64,000 nucleotides of DNA, from positions 35,960,001-36,024,000 of the forward strand of contig OZ024753.1 of assembly GCA_964016885.1 (NCBI GenBank), in the 5' to 3' direction. The translations under genes were made by a program, and so were the position numbers. Shown here piece by piece: positions 38,660-51,265 of the stretch (within the stretch, counting starts at the first letter, position 1; each line of letters starts with the position of its first letter). The notes beneath the pieces are model-generated. The model searched no databases. It was not told the DNA's origin and was given only the letters and a program-made list of their open reading frames with translations. This DNA comes from Eledone cirrhosa. Its lineage: Eukaryota.

Positions 38660-39415
38660 ATGTGGAGTGGGGAGACCCAAGAAGACCTGGGATGAAGTGA
38701 TAAAAGCTGACCTCACCCAATTGCACCTCTCAAAGGCTATGACACAGGACCGTGACCTCTGGCGTCACGTAGTAATACAGAAGACCCGACGTCCCATGAG
38801 TACAAGCCGAAGCTGAAGCATATAGACAATATGCCCCATCCCCTCCCACTGCAAAGTGGTCATGAAGGTGTCACGACAAAAATTACCCAGCCCACACTGT
38901 AAAATGGTCGTGGAGGTGCCACGGCAAAAAAGCCCCCAGCCCACGCTGTAAAATGGTCGTGGAGGTGCCACGGCAAAAAAGCCCCCAGCCCACACTGTAA
39001 AATGGTCGTGGAGGTGCCACGGCAAAAAAGCCCCCAGCCCACGCTGTAAAATGGTCGTGTAGGTGCCACGGCAAAAAAGCCCCCAGCCCACACTGTAAAA
39101 TGGTCGTGTAGGTGCCACGGAAAAAAAGCCCCCAGCCCACACTGTAAAATGGTCGTGTAGGTGCCACGGCAAAAAAGCCCCCAGCCCACACTGTAAAATG
39201 GTCGTGGAGGTGCCACGGAATAAAAGCACCCAGCACTCACTCTAAATGAGGTTGGTGTTAGAAAGGGCATCCAACTGTAGAAATCAAGCCAAAATCAGTT
39301 GTCATATGAGCAAGACAACTTCAGCCGACCGAGCACTGCCCACAACAGGACAACCCGTCTAACCCATGCTAGCGTGGAAGACCGGACGTAAAACGGTGAT
39401 GATGATGATGATGTA
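38660..39415 (+). mobile_element. RTE subfamily B 3' end with internal 49-bp tandem amplification
   Basis: [18 protein letters not shown] matching 44380-44690, about 7 copies of a 49-bp unit at 38888-39230. Confidence 0.85.
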
Positions 39416-39553
39416 TGTATATAATTTTTGCCAAAAGTTATTTTTAGATAAATATAATTGTTTGAAAATAAGAAGTTTGTAATGAAAAAAAAACTAGTTG
39501 TAGTTTCAGGTGGGTTGGTATGTCAAGGGTGACTAAACATGAAAATGTCTCAC

Positions 39554-39726
39554 GTTATTATCACACTGGAAATAATTGGGTGCGCAGTGTCTGTTGCCAT
39601 ATTTAGGAGTACAGTTTCGTTCTTCAGAAGCATCTAAACAATCAGCATTTCCATCACACATTAGATATTTGTTAATACAATGACCAGTATCACACCTAAC
39701 TTCATCTGCAGCACATTCAACAGAAC
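39554..39726 (-). CDS. LRP2: LRP2-like exon, LDLa plus start of next LDLa
   Basis: tctag| and |gtgag, 173 bp, phase 1-0; CDGNADCLDASEE. Confidence 0.9.
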
Positions 39727-39759
39727 CTAGAAAAAATAATAAGAGAAGGATTAATAAGG

Positions 39760-40270
39760 ATTTCTACTATCGTCACAAGACTAACAATTGTAGGGGAGAG
39801 GAAAGACAATTTAATCAATCCCAGTACGTTACTGGTACTATGGTTTATATTGATACCATAAGAATGAAAGGCAAAGCTAATCTCGATGGGATTTGAATTC
39901 AGAACATAAAGGGCTGTAACTCTATGCTGCTAAGCATATTGTCTGACACTCTACTGATTCTGCCAATCCGCTGCCCTAAGAGAAGCATTGATAAGGATTT
40001 CTGATTAAAGTACAAGACTAACATTTGTGGGAGAGGGGAAAGTCAATTAAATCGACTCCAGTGTGTTACTGGTATCTTATTTTATCGATGTCATAAGGAT
40101 GAAAGGCGAAGCTAACCTTGGTGAGATTCGAGAAGCATTAATAACAATTTCTGATTTAGGTGCAAGACCAATAATTGTTGAGGAGAGGAAAGTCGAGTAA
40201 ATCGACCCCAGTGTGTAACTGGTACTCTATCTTATCGACCCCAAAAGGATGAAAGGCAAAGCTAATCTCA
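39760..40270 (-). mobile_element. Cluster of three SINE family 1 copies, two truncated
   Basis: Repeated ACTGGTAC...GGATGAAAGGC core. Confidence 0.75.
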
Positions 40271-40271
40271 A

Positions 40272-40604
40272 AGCGTTTACATTACTTTATATTTACTATT
40301 TTATTTTTGTGGCAAAGGCTTTATCTTACATATTAGGCTTTTATCTTACATATTAGGCTTTATCTTACATATTAGGCTTTATCTTACATATTAGGCTTTA
40401 TCTTACATATTAGGCTTTATCTTACATATTAGGCTTTATCTTACATATTATCTCACATAATATCGAATCTATGAGATTTTGATATTATTTATATTGAGAA
40501 CAATACCTTAATTAATATCAGTATGAGCAGCCAGTTATGACTGGTTTGAACAGAAGGAGGTGAGAGAATTCTGACCGGATATAGCCGGTTTAAATACTAA
40601 AGGG
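40272..40604. mobile_element. piggyBac-like MITE, left end lost, with internal 19-bp tandem repeat
   Basis: Same internal sequence; (AGGCTTTATCTTACATATT)n at ~40316-40449. Confidence 0.75.
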
Positions 40605-40634
40605 ATAAAAAAAGAATTGAAAACTGCCACTTAC

Positions 40635-40757
40635 CACAATTTTGTTCATCAGAATTATCTCCACAATCATCATACATGTTACATTTCCATTTTTGTTGGA
40701 TACACTTTTGGTTGTCACAGATAAATTCTGATTCTGAGCAAGCACGATATCTGTTCT
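40635..40757 (-). CDS. LRP2: LRP2-like exon, LDLa ([17 protein letters not shown]...DCGDNSDE)
   Basis: tttag| and |gtaag, 123 bp; hand-translated. Confidence 0.9.
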
Positions 40758-41003
40758 CTAAAATGATTTATATTGAAGAGAAATACAGAGACATAAAGGA
40801 AGAAAAGCAATAATGGTTTCTAACATTGGTACAAGGTCAGATATTTGGGGGAAATGGGAAAGTTGATTTTATAAAAAAAAAATAAACAATTTAATAATTA
40901 TTACAGGAAATTTTATACAGCCTGCCAACATATGCCAGGCTGGGCTGACATTGATGCGAGTGAGGTGGGGGAAAAAACTGGGATACAAAGTAAAATGTCA
41001 TAC

Positions 41004-41249
41004 CACAGTAAGCTGGATCTTCATCACTGCCATCTCTACAGTCTTTAGAATGGTCGCAAGTCCAGCTTTTCGGTATGCATATATTGCTTCTACATTCGAA
41101 TTCAGTGTTCGCATTACATTTCCGGCAGTTGCTTGGGTTTTCATCGGAGTTATCTCCACAATTATCATAACCATTACACAGTAGGTATGGATGCACACAA
41201 CCATAGTGTTTTTCACAGCGGAACCAGGTTAAAGGGCATGTCTGGTTAG
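41004..41249 (-). CDS. LRP2: LRP2-like exon, two LDLa repeats
   Basis: tacag| and |gtatg, 246 bp; NCGDNSDE and DCRDGSDE. Confidence 0.92.
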
Positions 41250-42527
41250 CTGTAAGTTAAATAAAGTTGTTGATGTTAAAAACTATTAAGCCTACATGCG
41301 GGGTGTCCAGAGGTCTCCAGGGGTCTCAAACACTTTACATGCAGGACGCATGCCACCCGCAAACTACTTTTCTGTGAGATCTCTACGATAGTAGGGTGGG
41401 CTGAAAAGTTCATAGGCTGGTGGTGGTGGTGGTGGTATTGATGATGTTCATGGTGATATTGATTGTGGTGGTGGTAGAGGTGGTGGTGATGGAGGTGGAG
41501 TTGATGCAAGCATGGAAAATAGATGTTAAAAGATGATCTCTCTCTCTCACTTTCTTTCTCTTTCTTTCTCTCTCTCTTTCTTTTTAGGTATATATATTTG
41601 TGTATATGTATAAATAGTCCTACCAGATAGTCCTATACGAGCGAGACACGGTCACCCGACCAATCTTGCCTCAGGTGAGACAACTCTCGTCTAACCCATG
41701 CTAGCGTGGACGATAGACAAACGATGATGATGATGTATCTCTCCCTCTCTCTCTCTATATATATTTATATGTTTGTATACATATACATACATACACACAT
41801 GGATACATTGCATATAGGCATACACACACATATATATTTACATATAACTATTGTACAATGACATATACACACACATGCACACAGAATATTTAGGACAATG
41901 CAAGGACCCTCATGGTTTGGTTTAGCATCTTCTTTACTTGTCACAAACATTGGACATTTTGGTAGCCTCTTTCAAAGTATCTTTCCAGTGTTTTTACTCC
42001 AGGGGTACATTTTAGTTCAGATTCCAGGCTTTCAGATCACCCCTGATTCCCAGGTCATATCTTTCTTTTCTTTTTTTTTTTTATGTCCGCTTTTCCCTGC
42101 TTGCAAGGGTGGGACGGGAACTGATTCTGGCTTAATTTCTACAGCTGGATGCCCTTCCTAACACCAACCTCATTTTACAGTGAGTGCTGGGTGCTTTTTT
42201 ACCGTGGCACCTCCACGACCACTTTACAGTGGAATGATATGGACCCCAGTCCTTATCTCATTTCTACAGCTGAGTAAACTGGAGCAATTTTAAATAAAGT
42301 GTCTTGCTCAAGGAAACAACACATCACCCGGTCTGAGAATTGAACTCACAACCTTTCGATTGCAAAGCCAATACTCTAACCACTAAGCCATGTGCCTCCA
42401 TATGTATGGGGGAACCCCCTTCCTGATCTACCAGGGGCCACAATCTTGGTTCCAGGCTTTCAGACCAGCCCCGATTCACAGGTCATATGGTTCACATCAC
42501 TAGAGTATATATAAAGTTGAGGTTTAA

Positions 42528-42747
42528 CCCTTTAGCATTCACATTACTCTATATATACTACTATATTTTCATGATAAAGGTTTTACCCCACATAATTATC
42601 TCACATAATATCGAATCTATGAAATTTTGAAAGTATTTATTTTGAGAACAATACCTTAACATCAGTAAGAGTGACCAGATACAGCCAGTTTCAACAGAAA
42701 GAGGTAGAGAATTCTGGCCGGTTTTGACCGGTTTGAACATTAAAGGG
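42528..42747. mobile_element. piggyBac-like MITE
   Basis: Same family; TTAA flanks. Confidence 0.85.
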
Positions 42748-42760
42748 TTAATCTACTTAC

Positions 42761-42886
42761 CACAGTTCAGTTTTTCTGCTTCATCAGATCCATCAGTGCA
42801 GTCTTCATCATAATCACATTTGTAGACAGCAGGAATACAATAACCATTGTCACATGTAAATTGGTGTGGTTGACATGTTTGTTGGC
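42761..42886 (-). CDS. LRP2: LRP2-like exon, LDLa ([15 protein letters not shown]...DCTDGSDE)
   Basis: tccag| and |gtaag, 126 bp. Confidence 0.92.
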
Positions 42887-43171
42887 CTGGACAGAGATAG
42901 AGAGAGATAGAGATAGATAGAGATAGAGATAGATAGAGATAGAGATAGAGATAGATAGAGATAGAGGTAGAGATAGAGATAGAGAGAGAGGTATATATAT
43001 ATATAGATAGATAGAGAGAGAGGTAGAGATAGAGAGAGAGGTATATATATATATAGAGAGAGAGGGAGAGAGGTAGAGATAGAGAGAGAGGTATATATAT
43101 ATAGATAGATAGAGAGAGAGGTAGAGATAGAGATAGATAGAGAGGTATATATATATATATAGAGAGAGAGG

Positions 43172-43202
<31 letters not shown>

Positions 43203-43390
43203 GTAGAGAGAGAGGTATATATATATAGATAGAGAGAGAGAGAGGTATATATATATATATATATATATATAGATAGATAGAGAGAGAAGTAGAGATAGAG
43301 AGAGAGAGGTATATATATATATATATAGAGAGAGAGAGGTAGAGAGAGAGGTATATATATGTAGAGATAGAGGTATATATATGTAGAGAT

Positions 43391-44690
43391 ATAAGACCGG
43401 ATGCCCATGGGAACTCCTGTATGCTGATGACCTCGCACTCATAGCTGAATCTATGGTAGAACTAGAGAATAAATTCCAAACCTGGAAGCAGGGACTAGAG
43501 AGAAAGGGCCTCAAAGTCAACATGACAAAGACTAAGGTCCTTATAAGTAGACGAGAAAACAGAACCCAGATCCCCTCAGGGAAATGGCCTTGCTCAGTAT
43601 GTAGGAAAGGTGTAGGTAGGAACTCCATTCTTTGCCCCAAATGCAAACAATGGGTACACAAGAGATGTAGCGGGATCTCAGGAAGCTTAATTAAGAATGT
43701 AGGATTCACATGCAGCAGCTGTGCTGAAACAGCAAGCAAACAGCCACAGGAAACAAGTACCACCAATCTCTGGGAGGGCCCTGTAGAAACAGTAGACAGC
43801 TTCTGCTACCTAGGTGACCGAATTAGCAACGGAGGTGGGTGCTCAGAAAGTACAATAACTAGGGTAAGAACGGGATGGAAGAAGTTTAGGGAACTACTAC
43901 CACTGCTAGCTGCAAAAGGCTTCTCCCTCAGAATGAAAGGCAGACTGTATGATGCGTGTATCCGAACAGCGATGTTGCATGGTAGTGAGACCTGGGCGCT
44001 GAAGGTGGAAGACTTACGTAGATTAGAGAGAAACGAAGCCTGCATGCTCCGATGGATGTGTAACAGTAATATACGTGAACGACAAAGCATAAATGAATTG
44101 AGAGAGAGACTGAGCATAAGAGGAATCAAATGCTGCGTGCAGGAGAGGCGGTTACGCTGGTATGGACATGTGATGCGTATGAAGGATGACAGCTGCATAA
44201 AAAGGTGCAGAGCACTAGAAGTTGATGGAAACCGCGGAGTGGGGAGACCCAAGATGACTTGGGATGAGGTGATAAAAGCCGACCTTACCCAACTACACCT
44301 CTCAAAGTCAATGACACACGACCGTGACTTCTGGCGTCACGCAGTAATACAGGGTACCCGACCTCCCATGGGTACATGCTGAAGCATATAAACAATATGC
44401 CCCCCCCCCCACCGCAAGGTGGTCGTGGAGGTGCCACGGCAAAAAAGCACCCAGCCCACACTGTAAAGTGGACGTGTAGGCGCCACGAAAAAGCACCCAG
44501 CACTCACTGTAAATGAGGTTGGTGTTAGGAAGGGCATCCAGCTGTAGAAATCAAGCCAGATCAGTTCCTGTATGAGCAAGGCATGGTCAGCCGACCAGAC
44601 ACTGCCCACAACAGGACAACCCGTCTAACCCATGCTAGCGTGGAAGAACGGACGTAAAACGGTGATGATGATGATGATGATGATGATGAG
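43391..44690 (+). mobile_element. 5'-truncated RTE LINE, subfamily B
   Basis: PWELLYADD, 309-aa ORF with PHD-like insert, 3'UTR, (GAT)n; related fragments at 46795-47160(-) and 58443-58680(+). Confidence 0.92.
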
Positions 44691-44768
44691 ATAGAGAGAG
44701 AGGTATATATATATATAGATAGAGAGAGAGGTATATATATATATATATCTATAGATAGAGAGAGAGAG

Positions 44769-44809
<41 letters not shown>

Positions 44810-44898
44810 TAGATAGAGAGAGAAGTAGAGATAGAGAGAGAGAGGTATATATATATATATATATATATAGATAGAGAGAGAAGTAGAGATAGAGAGAG

Positions 44899-44933
<35 letters not shown>

Positions 44934-45010
44934 TAGAGAGAGAAGTAGAGATAGAGAGAGAGGTATATATATATATAGATAGAGAGAGAAGTAGAGATAG
45001 AGAGAGAGAG

Positions 45011-45043
<33 letters not shown>

Positions 45044-45180
45044 CTCACCTCTCTCTTTCTAACTCAGTATATGATATATATATATATATATATATACATA
45101 TATACATATGCAGAGGTTATATTTAATTTGTTGGGATTCAACAAGCATAAGAAGAGTGAAAAAAAAAAAATGTCCCTTAC

Positions 45181-45420
45181 TGCAAAGGTGAGAATCTTCA
45201 TCAGAACCATCTACACAGTCTTTGTAACCATCACACAGCCAGGATTTAAAGGTACATCCAGAGTTTTTGCATCGAAAGTGCCATGGGAAACAGAAATTTG
45301 CATCACACTTGGCTTCATCAGAACCATCACCACAGTCATCTTTCCCGTTACATATCTCAAAGAAATCTGAGCAGTTACCATTGTTACATGTACTGGTATG
45401 TATAGAACACTTGGATTCCG
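45181..45420 (-). CDS. LRP2: LRP2-like exon, two LDLa repeats (CNNGNC...DCGDGSDE...DCVDGSDE)
   Basis: ttttag| and |gtaag, 240 bp; translated by hand, absent from the ORF track. Confidence 0.9.
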
Positions 45421-45485
45421 CTAAAATAAAATATATATATAGAGAGAGAGATTACAATAATCAAAGTCCAGTTTAAATCATTTAT

Positions 45486-45534
45486 TTGCTTACAATTGTT
45501 TCCTCCAAACCGAGGTTTGGATTCTTCGGAGCAA
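45486..45534 (-). ncRNA. Hammerhead motif with variant core CCGAAGA
   Basis: TTGCT-CCGAAGA-ATCCAAAC CTCG GTTTGGAG-GAAAC-AATT-GTA-AGCAA. Confidence 0.55.
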
Positions 45535-45682
45535 CTATTTAGTGATCTATAACATACTTGACCTCCTTTTCAACACAAGAGACATATAAAAACATATGCA
45601 TATATTGACCCACAGTGGGTTGACATCCATCATAATGATATAGCATGGCAATTTACATATAAAGGTTAAAGGTTAAAGGATT

Positions 45683-45866
45683 AAAATAAAAATAAAAATA
45701 AAAATAAAAATAAAAATAAAAATAAAAATAAAAATAAAAATAAAAATAAAAATAAAAATAAAAATAAAAATAAAAATAAAAATAAAAATAAAAATAAAAA
45801 TAAAAATAAAAATAAAAATAAAAATAAAAAATAAAAAATAAAAATAAAAATAAAAATAAAAATAAA
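45683..45866. repeat. (AAAAT)n microsatellite
   Basis: Direct inspection. Confidence 0.95.
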
Positions 45867-46100
45867 ACATTGGCAGTTTATGAAGATAAAGCAAGAGGAA
45901 AGTTTAGAGTAGTCAGTGTATGAAACAATCTCATGTGTGGCATGCACGCGTGTCTTATTTATACAGGATTAGAGAGCATATATATATATATATATATATG
46001 TGTAAATGAAGTAATTCCGTCGGAAAAGTCAAGGAAAAAAGAGTGCTCTATGTAGGTAACAGAGCTTAATAGTTATGTAATAAACAACATAAGGCAATTA

Positions 46101-46161
46101 TTTCATTTACCAGTGGTTTCTTAAAAGCAAAAAAATGTTGCTTTCAATCATCAGAATGAAA
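46101..46161 (-). ncRNA. Type-I hammerhead motif (left arm of palindrome)
   Basis: TTTCATT-CTGATGA-10-bp stem II-GAAAC-CACTG-GTA-AATGAAA. Confidence 0.75.
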
Positions 46162-46248
46162 AAATCCTGGCGTATTTATTGACGTTGGATTTTAAAAAGA
46201 TTGCATTTTTGTTTTTAAAATCCAACGTCAATAAATACGCCAGGAGTT

Positions 46249-46309
46249 TTTCATTCTGATGATTGAAAGCAACATTTTTTTGCTTTTAAGAAACCACTGG
46301 TAAATGAAA
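46249..46309 (+). ncRNA. Type-I hammerhead motif (right arm of palindrome)
   Basis: CTGATGA at 46256, GAAAC at 46290, GTA ending 46302; 7-bp stem I. Confidence 0.75.
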
Positions 46310-46428
46310 TAATTGCCTTATGTTGTTTATTACATAACTAAATATATATATATATAATATGAACAATATTATATATATATAATATTAACAATATTAATAA
46401 ATGGAAAATATCTTTATAATACCATATT

Positions 46429-46490
46429 TATTTTATTATACGTATTTTCATGGACACAAAATTCTAGCGTGCTTTCATCAGATAAAATAT
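46429..46490 (-). ncRNA. Hammerhead motif, same family as 60563-60790
   Basis: ATTTTAT-CTGATGA-AAGCAC...GTGTCC-GAAA-ATACGTATA-ATAAAAT. Confidence 0.55.
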
Positions 46491-46697
46491 AATATTAGGT
46501 GTTAAGATAATGACATACCTTATCGTAGACTTAATAGTATAAGCTCGTTAATGGCAGTGATAATCAACAAACCATATAACTCATTGTTTATATATATATA
46601 TATATAAAGTATTTCCGTAGAAAAGGTAAAGGAAAAAAGAGTACTCTATGTGTTGTACAGAGCTATATAATTACATAATTAACAACACGATATAATT

Positions 46698-46770
46698 ATT
46701 TCATTACTGAAGGTTTCAAGAAACTAGATGATTCTTGCAAGAAACATCCAGTTTGATCGTCAGACAAAAT
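46698..46770 (-). ncRNA. Hammerhead motif with long stem II
   Basis: ATTTTGT-CTGACGA-AAACTGGATG..CATCTAGTTT-GAAAC-CTTCA-GTA-ATGAAAT. Confidence 0.6.
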
Positions 46771-47917
46771 AATAAAAAAATATATATATATGGATCATCA
46801 TCACCGTTTTATGTCCATTCTTCCCCGCTAGCATGGGTCAGACGGGTTGTCCTGTCCAAGGGCAATGCCAGAGTCGGGTGACCTTGTCTTGCTCATACGG
46901 GAACTGATTTTGGCTAGATTTCTACAGCTGGATGCCCTCCCTAACACCAACTTCATTTATAGGGAGTACTGGGTGCTTTTTTTCCATGGCACCTACACGA
47001 CCACATTATAGTGTGGGCTGGGTACTTTTTTGTCGTGACAACTCCACGACCACTTTGCAGTGGGAAGGGTGGGGGCATATTGTCTATATACTTCATCTTC
47101 GGCTTGTACCCATGGGAAGTCGGGTCTTCTGTATTATTGCGTAGCGCCAGAGGTCACAGTCTTTTGTTATATATATATATTTATATATCATCATCATCAT
47201 TTCATTTTACGTCTGCTTTCTCCATGCTTACAAGGGTGGGACGGGAACTGCTTCTGGCTTGATTTCTACAGCTGGATGCCCTTCCTAACACCAACCTCAT
47301 TTACAGTGAGTGCTGGGTGCTTTTTTGCTGTGGCACCTCCACGACCACTTTACAGTGGAATGATATGGACCCCAGTCCCTATCATCTCATTTCTACAGCT
47401 GAGTAAACTGGAGCAATGTGAAATAAAGTGTCTTGCTCAAGGAAACAACACATCACCCGGTCTGAGAATTGAACTCACAACCTTTCGATTGCAAGGCCAA
47501 TGCTCTAACCACTAAGCCATGTGCCTCCATATATATATTATTAATAGTAAAAAATGGAAAATATCACTATAGCATCATATATATTTTATTCATCCACAAA
47601 GCATATAACTCATTGTTTATTTGTACATGATCGGTGTGGACGAGAGCGCCTAAAGACAGAGAAGACGTCGAAGGGACGCCAGCAGTTCAAGCATACAACC
47701 CCTTACCTACTACAGAAGTAATTCCGATTTAAGAAACCACTTTGATTGACAGGTGGAGAATGAAAAGAACCAAATAGTGGACAGTCATGAGTGGCTAGAA
47801 ATATCGATGATGTGTACAATTCTTGACCACTCATGGAATGACAACAACAGGATCTAAGCCGACAGGAAAAGGATATCGATGTAAAAGACATTAGGAAAAT
47901 CTGCTTTGTAGAATTAA

Positions 47918-48013
47918 GATGTATCTGAGGACCTTGCGATTTTCAGAGTCAGGTTCAATCATCACATCGATCGTGCCTCGAGCTGGTCGCCAGAGAAACG
48001 ATTGTAATATGTC
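47918..48013 (+). ncRNA. Hammerhead motif with enlarged stem II, homologous to 29281-29394
   Basis: GATGTAT-CTGAGGA(47925)...GAAAC-GATT-GTA(48006)-ATATGTC. Confidence 0.65.
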
Positions 48014-48055
48014 CAATAAATTCCATTCGTCGCAACACTGATTATCATTTTTTCT

Positions 48056-48109
<54 letters not shown>

Positions 48110-48161
48110 TATATATAAATATATATATAAATATATATATAAATATATATATATATAAATA

Positions 48162-48193
<32 letters not shown>

Positions 48194-48284
48194 AATAAAT
48201 ATATATATATAAATATATAAATATATATATATATATAAATATATATATAAATATAAATATATATATAAATATATATATATATAA

Positions 48285-48401
<117 letters not shown>

Positions 48402-48444
48402 AATATATATATATAGTTATGTAATAAACAACATAAGGCAATTA

Positions 48445-48504
48445 TTCCATTTACCAGTGGTTTCTTAAAAGCAAAAAATGTTGCTTTCAATCATCAGAAT
48501 GAAA
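48445..48504 (-). ncRNA. Type-I hammerhead motif, near-identical to 46101-46161
   Basis: Same core and stems. Confidence 0.7.
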
Positions 48505-48542
48505 AAATCCTGGTCTATTTATTGAATTGGATTCTTAAAAAA

Positions 48543-48605
<63 letters not shown>

Positions 48606-48702
48606 ACGAAGGAAATGTGGTAAGGAACCAGGTGGACCATAACGCACCAAAATACTCAATACTTGGGGTAGTAGAGTGGGTAATAGGAACCAGTATATAT
48701 AT

Positions 48703-48759
<57 letters not shown>

Positions 48760-48913
48760 AATATATATAAATATATATATATATAAATAAATATATATAA
48801 ATATATATATATAAATAAATATATATATATATAAATATATATATATATAAATAAATATATATATATATATATAAATATATATATAAATATATATATATAA
48901 ATATATATATATA

Positions 48914-48947
<34 letters not shown>

Positions 48948-49065
48948 AATAAATATATATATATATATATAAATATATATATAAATAAATATATATATAT
49001 ATATATAAATATATATATATAAATATATATATATATAAATATATATATATAAATATATATACATA

Positions 49066-49097
<32 letters not shown>

Positions 49098-49111
49098 AAT
49101 ATATATATATA

Positions 49112-49161
<50 letters not shown>

Positions 49162-49300
49162 AATATATATATATGTAGGATGTGAGTTTTATTGTAGTAC
49201 AATAAAGCAATGCAGATATCGGATAAGAAGCACTCTACAGTTTGTAGGATTGGAGTATACATAATATATAAGATCAAAAGATGGTTAAAAGAGTTCCATG

Positions 49301-49372
49301 TATTGTATTATGCGCATTTCAAAAACAAATATCATCATGCAATAACATTTGTGTTTTCATCAGATAAAATAG
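49301..49372 (-). ncRNA. Minimal type-I hammerhead motif
   Basis: TATTTTAT-CTGATGA-stem II-GAAAT-GCGC-ATA-ATACAATA; palindromic ATGCGCAT. Confidence 0.68.
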
Positions 49373-49438
49373 GAAGACATGACATGAAGGTTAAAAAACA
49401 CTTGTGAATAGTGCAGTTTTAAATCAACATAAATATAT

Positions 49439-49471
<33 letters not shown>

Positions 49472-49485
49472 AATATATATATATA

Positions 49486-49519
<34 letters not shown>

Positions 49520-49792
49520 AATATATATATATAAATATATATAAATATATATAAATATATATATATATAAATAGCGAAGGAAAAGTGGTAAGGAACCAGG
49601 TGGACCATAATGCCCCAAAGTACTCAATACTTAGGGTAGTAGAGTGGGTAATAGGAGTAAGTAAGACCCCGACGGCTGAGCTCAAGCCGTTTCGACGGCT
49701 AATTCTGTACTGAATTACACCATTTTGTTTCAGAAACAAAATGGTGTAGGACAGAAGAAAGGAAAGGCACAGAAACAAAGAAAGGAATCCCC

Positions 49793-49837
49793 AGTCACTG
49801 AAGAGGTCACAGAGTGTGTGACGAAAGGACTATGACT
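49793..49837 (+). ncRNA. Minimal hammerhead motif
   Basis: AGTCA-CTGAAGA-G-GTCACA..TGTGAC-GAAA-GGAC-TA-TGACT; degenerate relative at 63900-63945. Confidence 0.55.
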
Positions 49838-50125
49838 ATATATAAACAACTATCTGGTTGTGGAACCAACCAACCAGAAATTTATAGGTTTGTAGATTTG
49901 TAAATTTATAAATTTATAAATATATAATAAACTGAAGTGAAAGCAACTGGTGCGTGTGTTTCTTATTGGCAACATGACCCTCCCAAAGTATAACAATATC
50001 GGTTTCAACACACGATTTCAGATAAAGAATCTTGCTAAACAAATTCAGAAACGAAATATAAATATATATATATAGATATAAATATATATATATATATAAA
50101 TATATATATATAGATATAAATATAT

Positions 50126-50156
<31 letters not shown>

Positions 50157-50159
50157 AAT

Positions 50160-50190
<31 letters not shown>

Positions 50191-50237
50191 AATATATATA
50201 TAAATATATATATGTATAAATATATATATATATAAAT

Positions 50238-50270
<33 letters not shown>

Positions 50271-50301
50271 AATATATATAAATATATAAATATATATAAA
50301 T

Positions 50302-50334
<33 letters not shown>

Positions 50335-50365
50335 AATATATATAAATATATAAATATATATAAAT

Positions 50366-50398
<33 letters not shown>

Positions 50399-50399
50399 A

Positions 50400-50454
<55 letters not shown>

Positions 50455-50455
50455 A

Positions 50456-50524
<69 letters not shown>

Positions 50525-50535
50525 AATATATATAA

Positions 50536-50746
<211 letters not shown>

Positions 50747-50789
50747 TATATAAATATATAAATATATAAATATATATAAATATATATAA

Positions 50790-50860
<71 letters not shown>

Positions 50861-51022
50861 TAAGATAAGATGGAGGAGAAGTTTAACAGCAGTAAAAAGA
50901 GTTGGCACAAAACAGTCTCTCAGGATGGTATTAACTTTAAACTTCCCTACTTGACAACTAGAAGCTAGTTTTACTAATTTCACAATGTTAGAAAGAAAAA
51001 AAACAAAAAATATTGTTCTTAC

Positions 51023-51265
51023 GGCAGTTTTCTTCATCGGAGCCATCTTTACAGTCAACATCTTTGTCACATTGAAAGAAGTACGGAATACATCGATCTC
51101 CAGCAAGTTTACAACGGAACTGAGATGTGCTGCAATTGGCTATACATGTCTTGCCATCTTCATCTAAGAAGGAGGAGTCTGGACATGCACAGATGTAACC
51201 TTTGCTTGGAGATAGAAGACAAAGATGGCTACAGCCACCATTATTGGAGCCACAAGGAGATGTAG
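51023..51265 (-). CDS. LRP2: LRP2-like exon, EGF + first LDLa ([14 protein letters not shown]...[11 protein letters not shown])
   Basis: tacag| and |gtaag, 243 bp. Confidence 0.92.
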
